Origin: a bacterium | GTDB taxonomy: Bacteria > Zhuqueibacterota > Zhuqueibacteria > Residuimicrobiales > Krinioviventaceae | Reading direction: 5' to 3' | NCBI GenBank assembly: GCA_963674595.2 | Contig: CAXXFV010000023.1 | Location: forward strand, 352,001 to 416,000 | Length of the DNA: 64,000 nucleotides | Shown: piece after piece, positions 58,907-64,000 of the stretch | Layout of the letters: every line of letters starts with the position of its first letter | Numbering within the stretch: position 1 is the stretch's first letter | Translations under genes and position numbers: made by a program | Notes under the pieces: generated by a model | What the model was told of the DNA's origin: nothing | Databases searched by the model: none | The model's input: the letters and a program-made list of their open reading frames with translations, nothing else

Positions 58907-60101
58907 TTATTCCAGTTCGTGTGTTACAAGTCCGCTGAGTAATTTCCGGTTCAAACCAGGTTGATTTTGGCGGCATAACCTCACCAGCGTCTGCAATTTC
59001 TATCACCTCGTGCATTTGCGTCGGGTATAGAGAAAATGCTGCCTGATATTCACCGGAATCAACCAATTCGACCAGTTTTTGTTCGCTATTTATTCCGCCT
59101 GCAAAAGAAATACGTTTATCGTTTCTGGGATCATGAATACCAAGAAGAGGTGATAAAACGTGATTTTGCAGTATCGTTACATCAAGTGCTTCTTTTGTTC
59201 CGGCTTCCAGTATGTACCAGCTTTTATCCAGATACAATCCAAATGTTTTTGCTTTTTTCGGACAAACTGTTTCATCCGATTGCCGGATGATAAAATGTTC
59301 TTCCAGCTTTTGCAAAAATTCTGCTGTTGTTAATCCGTTTAAATCTTTAACAATTCTGTTATAGGGCAGAATCAGCAGTTCTTCGCTGTCAAATAAAACC
59401 GTTAAAAAACGTCCGTAATTTTCATTGTAATTTGAATGTTGTCCGGCTTTTTGATAACATTTGCAGGCAGCCTCGGAACGATGATGCCCATCAGCAATGT
59501 ACATGTTTTTTTGTTGATTAAAAACATTCAGGATTTCATTGATCAACACTTGATCTGATATGACGGTAAAAATGTGGCGAACGCCGTTCTGTTCAAAGTC
59601 ATATTCGGGCGGCAACTGTTCTGCTTTTTTGAGAACAGCTTTTGTTTCAGCGTTATTCTTGTAGGCAATAAAGACCGGGCCTGTTTGGGCTTTCAGGGTC
59701 TCCATTAAATTCACACGATCATTTACCTTTTCCGGTTGTGTGTGTTCATGTTTTTTTATTCGTCCGGTCAGGTAGGCTTCCACAGATGAAACCGTTACAA
59801 TGCCGGTTTGTTTGTGGTTGCCCATTATTTGTCGGTACAGGTAAAAACAGGCTGTTTTATCCTGTTGTAAAATGTTTTTATTTTTATAATTTATATAATA
59901 TTCCTGTGCTGTTTTATAATTATTTTCGTCAGAATCACTTTTATGTATTTCCGGTTTAATTATATTTAAAAAAGAGACAGGATTTGTTTTAACATATTCT
60001 TTTGCTGTATTTGAATCAATAACGTCGTATGGGGGACAGGCCACTTTTTCAACATAGTCCGGGGCCGGCCTGACACCCCGAAACGGAAAGATTAACGACA
60101 T
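58907..60101 (-). CDS. DUF1015 family protein (ParB/Srx-like motif) with a +1 frameshift in the last codons
   Basis: PFRG, PPYDV, IKKHEHT, YIADGHHR, MPPKSTWFEP. Removing one base at 58946-58947 restores KLLSGLVTHELE* ending at 58907. Confidence 0.9.
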
Positions 60102-60266
60102 GTAAACCTCATAGTAATAGTAATTGAAATAGCACAAGATACATAAATGATATTTAAACTCAAAATCATTTTCATTATATTCTGTTGTTTTAATTTAAAA
60201 AACAAAAATCCTATTGCCTGTTTGTGCATCAAATAATCAGGATGTACATACTTTGAAAGGATAAAA

Positions 60267-60797
60267 ATGTTAGATCAGGAACGTTTTAATACCGGATTTC
60301 TTTACAACGAATTTATTCAAATGACAAATGAAGAAACAGCGGTATATCACCATCATTATAATCGGACAGTTGTAAGCGACGATGACAGGAATTTTTTATC
60401 AAATTTACCAGGTTTAAATATAGCTGTTATTTCCGAACCCTGGTGTGGTGATTCCATGGTTATTTTACCGGTGATCCAAAAATGGATTGACAGCTTTAAT
60501 CATATTAAAATGCGTATTTTTAAAAGAGAAGATAATCCCGATATGATGGACAATTATCTGACCAATGGAGCCAGATCTGTTCCGAAAATAATTTTATATG
60601 ATATGGAATTTAATGAAATCGGTACCTGGGGACCGCGTTCAAAACCGGCGCAAAAGGTTTTTAACGAATATCATCAAATGCTTAAAGACGGCACAATAGA
60701 AAAAAGTGTTGTCCGAAATAAGATCCGGCGTATATATGCAATGGACCGGGGCAAAGATATTATCGCTGAAATAAAAGATAATTGCATATTTAAATAA
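60267..60797 (+). CDS. Thioredoxin-like protein (WCGD monothiol type)
   Basis: EPWCGDS, YLTNGARSVP, WGPR. Confidence 0.88.
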   Translation: MLDQERFNTGFLYNEFIQMTNEETAVYHHHYNRTVVSDDDRNFLSNLPGLNIAVISEPWCGDSMVILPVIQKWIDSFNHIKMRIFKREDNPDMMDNYLTNGARSVPKIILYDMEFNEIGTWGPRSKPAQKVFNEYHQMLKDGTIEKSVVRNKIRRIYAMDRGKDIIAEIKDNCIFK

Positions 60798-60825
60798 ATT
60801 AACAACCGGCATGAATGTGTTTTGC

Positions 60826-60854
60826 TTGAAATATGTTGTTTAATTTATTAAATT
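60826..60854 (+). promoter_or_regulatory. Candidate sigma70-type promoter upstream of the DUF362 operon
   Basis: TTGAAA-17 nt-TAAATT, about 50 nt before ATG 60902. Confidence 0.35.
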
Positions 60855-60901
60855 TAAAAAACGATTTAATATTTTAATGCTTTTGCTTTAAAGAACAATC
60901 C

Positions 60902-61666
60902 ATGCCTGATTTTGCCGTAAGCGATTTTTTTGATTATAACACTTCTGTAAATGAAATATTGGATGCGGTCAATGCCGGAAATATTTTGGCCCGCCAGGAC
61001 AAGATTTTGCTAAAGCCAAATCTTGTAGTTGCCTCACCTTTTCCGATAACAACACATCCGGATCTGGTGAGGGCCGTCATTCATTATATCCGTCAACATT
61101 CGGATGCCTCACTTGTTATCGGCGAAGGATGCGGCGATACCTCATGTGAAACAATGGATGTGTTTAAAAAACTGGGTTATATTGATCTGGCCAAAGAATT
61201 GGGCGTCGAGCTGCTTGACTTGAACACTGCCCCATTAGTCAAAATGGAAAAAGATTGTCCGGTTTTTCCGGTTATGTATTTACCGGAAATTGCCTTTAGT
61301 CATTATATTATTTCTTTACCTGTCCTTAAGGCCCATTCGTTTTCCACCATTACCGGGACCCTGAAAAATATGATGGGATTCGCACCGCCGAAATACTATT
61401 CCGGCCGCTTCGGGTCCTGGAAAAAGGCGGTCTTTCACGGCAACATGCACCAGGCTATTGTTGACCTGAACCGGTACCGAAAACCGGATTTTACCTTAAT
61501 GGATGCCGGCGTCGGGCTTGCTGATTTTCATCTTGGCGGACCGGAATGCAGTCCACCGGTTAAAAAACTGGTCGCCGGGTTTGATCCGGTACAAGTTGAC
61601 AGAACGGCTGCGGAATTATTGGGATTCCAATGGCAATCCATACCCCATTTAAAAAATCAAATATAA
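60902..61666 (+). CDS. DUF362 domain-containing protein
   Basis: LLKPNLV, TTHP, IGEG, LPVLKAH...TGTLKNMMG, DPVQVD. Confidence 0.88.
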   Translation: MPDFAVSDFFDYNTSVNEILDAVNAGNILARQDKILLKPNLVVASPFPITTHPDLVRAVIHYIRQHSDASLVIGEGCGDTSCETMDVFKKLGYIDLAKELGVELLDLNTAPLVKMEKDCPVFPVMYLPEIAFSHYIISLPVLKAHSFSTITGTLKNMMGFAPPKYYSGRFGSWKKAVFHGNMHQAIVDLNRYRKPDFTLMDAGVGLADFHLGGPECSPPVKKLVAGFDPVQVDRTAAELLGFQWQSIPHLKNQI

Positions 61667-61701
61667 ACGAATATTGATTTTTAATAAACAGGAGAACTGT
61701 T

Positions 61702-63015
61702 ATGGCATTATCATTAAACAGACGTGATTTTTTAAAAACAACGGCGGCTACCTTGCCGGCTCTTTCTTTAGCCGGTCAGGCAATGGCATCGTCGAATGCC
61801 AAAAATATCAATATCGGTATTATAGGAACCGGAAATCGCGGTAAATCTCTTCTCAAAACTATTTTGGCCTTTCCTGAGGTGCATGTAAAGGCACTCTGCG
61901 ATATTGACAAAAACGCCCTTGATGCGGCGCAGGATATGTTGATTAAAGCAGAGAGAAATAAAGCTGAACTTTATTCTGAAAATGAACATATCTTTGAAAA
62001 ACTGTTGAAACGCGGTGATCTTGATGCTGTTATTATCGCCACGCCCTGGCAATGGCATACACCGATGGCTGTAATGGCTATGGAACAAGGAGTCTATGCC
62101 GGTGTTGAAGTACCGGCGGCACTGACACTTGATGAATGCTGGCAGCTTGTGGATACTAATGAAAAAACGAATGTCCCTTGTATGATGCTGGAAAACTGGA
62201 GTTTTCGTCAGGACAATCTCGCTGTTCTTAATATTATCAGAGAAGGACTGTTCGGCGATATTGTCCATTGTCACTGCGCCCATTCGCACGATTGTATTGA
62301 TCACTGGTTCTTTGACAAGGAAGGAAACAAAAGATGGGGTGGAGATTTTCTTATCAACAGAAATTGTGATCAATATCCCACCCACAGCCTGGGACCGGTG
62401 CTGAGCTGGATGGATATTAATTGCGGTGATAATTTTAAATATATAACATCAACCGCTTCTGCTTCCATCGGGATAAATGATTATTTTATTCGGAAATTTG
62501 GTAAAGACCATCCCTATGCGAATTTTAAATTTAAACAGGGAGATATCGTTACCTCTACTATAAAAACCCACAACGGCAAAACAATTATCATCAATTATGA
62601 CATGCAACTGCCGCGTCCCTACGATAACCGGTGGCTTATACAGGGTACGCGCGGTTTGTACAATGAACAACGAAATGCACTTTATATTGTGGATAAAAGT
62701 CCGGAATATCATAAATGGGAACCCTTTCCACCCTATATGGAAAAGCATGACCATTTTTGGTATAAACAAATGCAGGAAGCAAGTTCCGGTGAATATGGAC
62801 ACAACGGTACCGATTATCTGGAGTTGAAACTATTTTTTGATGCTGTGAAAGGTAAATCACAAACGCCTATTGATGTGTATGATTCTGTTTCCATGTCCTG
62901 TGTTGTTCATTTGTCTGAAATGTCTATTGCGAATGACAGTATGCCTGTTGAATGCCCTGATTTTACCCGTGGAAAATGGAAAACACGTAAACCAACATTT
63001 GCTGTAACAAGCTAA
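61702..63015 (+). CDS. Tat-exported Gfo/Idh/MocA oxidoreductase, GH109 (NAD+-dependent alpha-N-acetylgalactosaminidase)-like
   Basis: NRRDFLK; GTGNRG, IATPWQWH, EVPAA, MMLENW, YPTHSLGP, PRPY, GHNGTD. Confidence 0.88.
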   Translation: MALSLNRRDFLKTTAATLPALSLAGQAMASSNAKNINIGIIGTGNRGKSLLKTILAFPEVHVKALCDIDKNALDAAQDMLIKAERNKAELYSENEHIFEKLLKRGDLDAVIIATPWQWHTPMAVMAMEQGVYAGVEVPAALTLDECWQLVDTNEKTNVPCMMLENWSFRQDNLAVLNIIREGLFGDIVHCHCAHSHDCIDHWFFDKEGNKRWGGDFLINRNCDQYPTHSLGPVLSWMDINCGDNFKYITSTASASIGINDYFIRKFGKDHPYANFKFKQGDIVTSTIKTHNGKTIIINYDMQLPRPYDNRWLIQGTRGLYNEQRNALYIVDKSPEYHKWEPFPPYMEKHDHFWYKQMQEASSGEYGHNGTDYLELKLFFDAVKGKSQTPIDVYDSVSMSCVVHLSEMSIANDSMPVECPDFTRGKWKTRKPTFAVTS

Positions 63016-63043
63016 TTCAATTAATATAACCAGAGGAAGTAGT

Positions 63044-64000
63044 ATGAACCTTAAACCCTTTTACCTGCTTTTTTTAACATTTTTATTTGCGACATGTTCG
63101 TCACCTAAACTGGATAAAAATGCTTTTTATGTCTCATTGACAGGAAATGATATTTGGTCCGGAACGTCTGCTGATGTCAATGAAACGAAAACAGACGGCC
63201 CCTTCCGTACTCTTCAAAAAGCACAGGAAGCAATTCGTGAACTTAAATCAACAAATACCTGGCCCCAAAACGGGATGACCGTTTATATTCGCGGCGGTGA
63301 ATATGTAATGGAAAAGGGCCTTGAGCTTTTGGACCAGGACAGCGGCACTGAAACAGCACCTGTAAAATGGAAGGCTTTTCCCGGCGAAAAAGTTGTCTTT
63401 TCCGGTGGCAAAGTTATTGATAATTTTAAATCAATAACCGATCCCAAAATTCTCAAACGAGTCTCTGAATCAGCACAAAAAAACATACTGGTAGCCGATC
63501 TTTTTGCTAAAGGCATAGCTGATTTTGGCATTGTGCAAAAACGCAGCAGTATCGGTCTGGAGTTGTTTTATAAAAATGAACGTATGTATATGGCTCGGTA
63601 CCCGAATGAAGGATGGTTGAAGATTGCCGATATTCCGCAATACGGTCCCAAACGATATAACGAAGGTCTGGAACGGGAAAAACGATTCGATGGTGTTCCG
63701 GTGGGCCGCCACTATGGAAAAATTAAATACGACGATAACCGGCCTGCTAATTGGTCCGGTGATAACGAAATTTATATGCAGGGCTATTGGACCTGGGATT
63801 GGAACGATTCTTTTGAAAAAGTAAAAAAAATCGACAAAAAACGACAGCTTGTTTATTTTGAAGAACCATTTCATCATTACGGCTATACAAAAAACCAGCG
63901 TTATTACTATATGAATATTTTGGAAGAACTTGATTCACCGGGTGAATGGGTGTTAAACCGGGAAGCCGGTCTTTTATATTTTTGGCCGCCGGATTCTTTT
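63044..64000 (+). CDS. Lipoprotein with right-handed beta-helix glycosidase N-terminus (GH141-like), 3'-truncated by the window edge
   Basis: Absent from the ORF track because it has no stop. Manual translation is open to 64000: FATC lipobox, FYVSLTGND, DGPFRTL, VYIRGGEY, ARYPN, GYWTWDW, NILEELDSPGEW. Confidence 0.8.
   Translation, partial: MNLKPFYLLFLTFLFATCSSPKLDKNAFYVSLTGNDIWSGTSADVNETKTDGPFRTLQKAQEAIRELKSTNTWPQNGMTVYIRGGEYVMEKGLELLDQDSGTETAPVKWKAFPGEKVVFSGGKVIDNFKSITDPKILKRVSESAQKNILVADLFAKGIADFGIVQKRSSIGLELFYKNERMYMARYPNEGWLKIADIPQYGPKRYNEGLEREKRFDGVPVGRHYGKIKYDDNRPANWSGDNEIYMQGYWTWDWNDSFEKVKKIDKKRQLVYFEEPFHHYGYTKNQRYYYMNILEELDSPGEWVLNREAGLLYFWPPDSF

Noticed and set aside
1-64000. The many 60-205 aa ORFs overlapping larger genes (e.g. 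61768-62385, 17840-18346, 10876-11331)
   Set aside because: They are antisense or out-of-frame shadows of well-supported genes, with no recognisable motifs.
1-64000. CRISPR arrays, tRNA/rRNA, transposases, integrases, prophage or defence genes
   Set aside because: No regularly spaced repeats, cloverleaf or relevant protein motifs were seen by eye. Small RNAs could have been missed.

Overview
AT-rich bacterial chromosomal segment with about 43 protein-coding genes. No rRNA, tRNA, CRISPR array or mobile element was recognised. Two proteins end in an 'LLQN(Y/F)PNPFN...KML' FlgD-Ig/T9SS-type-A-like C-terminal domain, which suggests an FCB-group anaerobe such as KSB1 or Calditrichota (inference only). 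Positions 1-42.8 kb are all on the + strand and form a large catabolic island: glycoside hydrolases (GH92/GH28, GH3, GH2, GH38, BNR/GH33-like), five phosphoesterases, two Na+/solute symporters, two related beta-propellers and a URO-D-like enzyme, with no SusC/SusD. Positions 42.9-64 kb hold GH116, a pyk-PTS EIIA pair, an orphan rhaT coupled to a second URO-D-like gene, an esterase/DUF1080 cluster, a DUF1015-serC-archaeal-type thymidylate synthase-MBL operon and a DUF362-GH109-beta-helix operon. The best leads are the RhaT/URO-D-like module (possible catabolism of O-methylated or otherwise modified sugars), a putative phosphodiester-glycan degradation locus, the GH92-GH28 read-through with an intact internal start, and the DUF1015-serC-thyA-MBL operon. 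Two clear and one possible single-base insertions may be assembly errors. All family calls come from motif recognition by eye; no database search was run.
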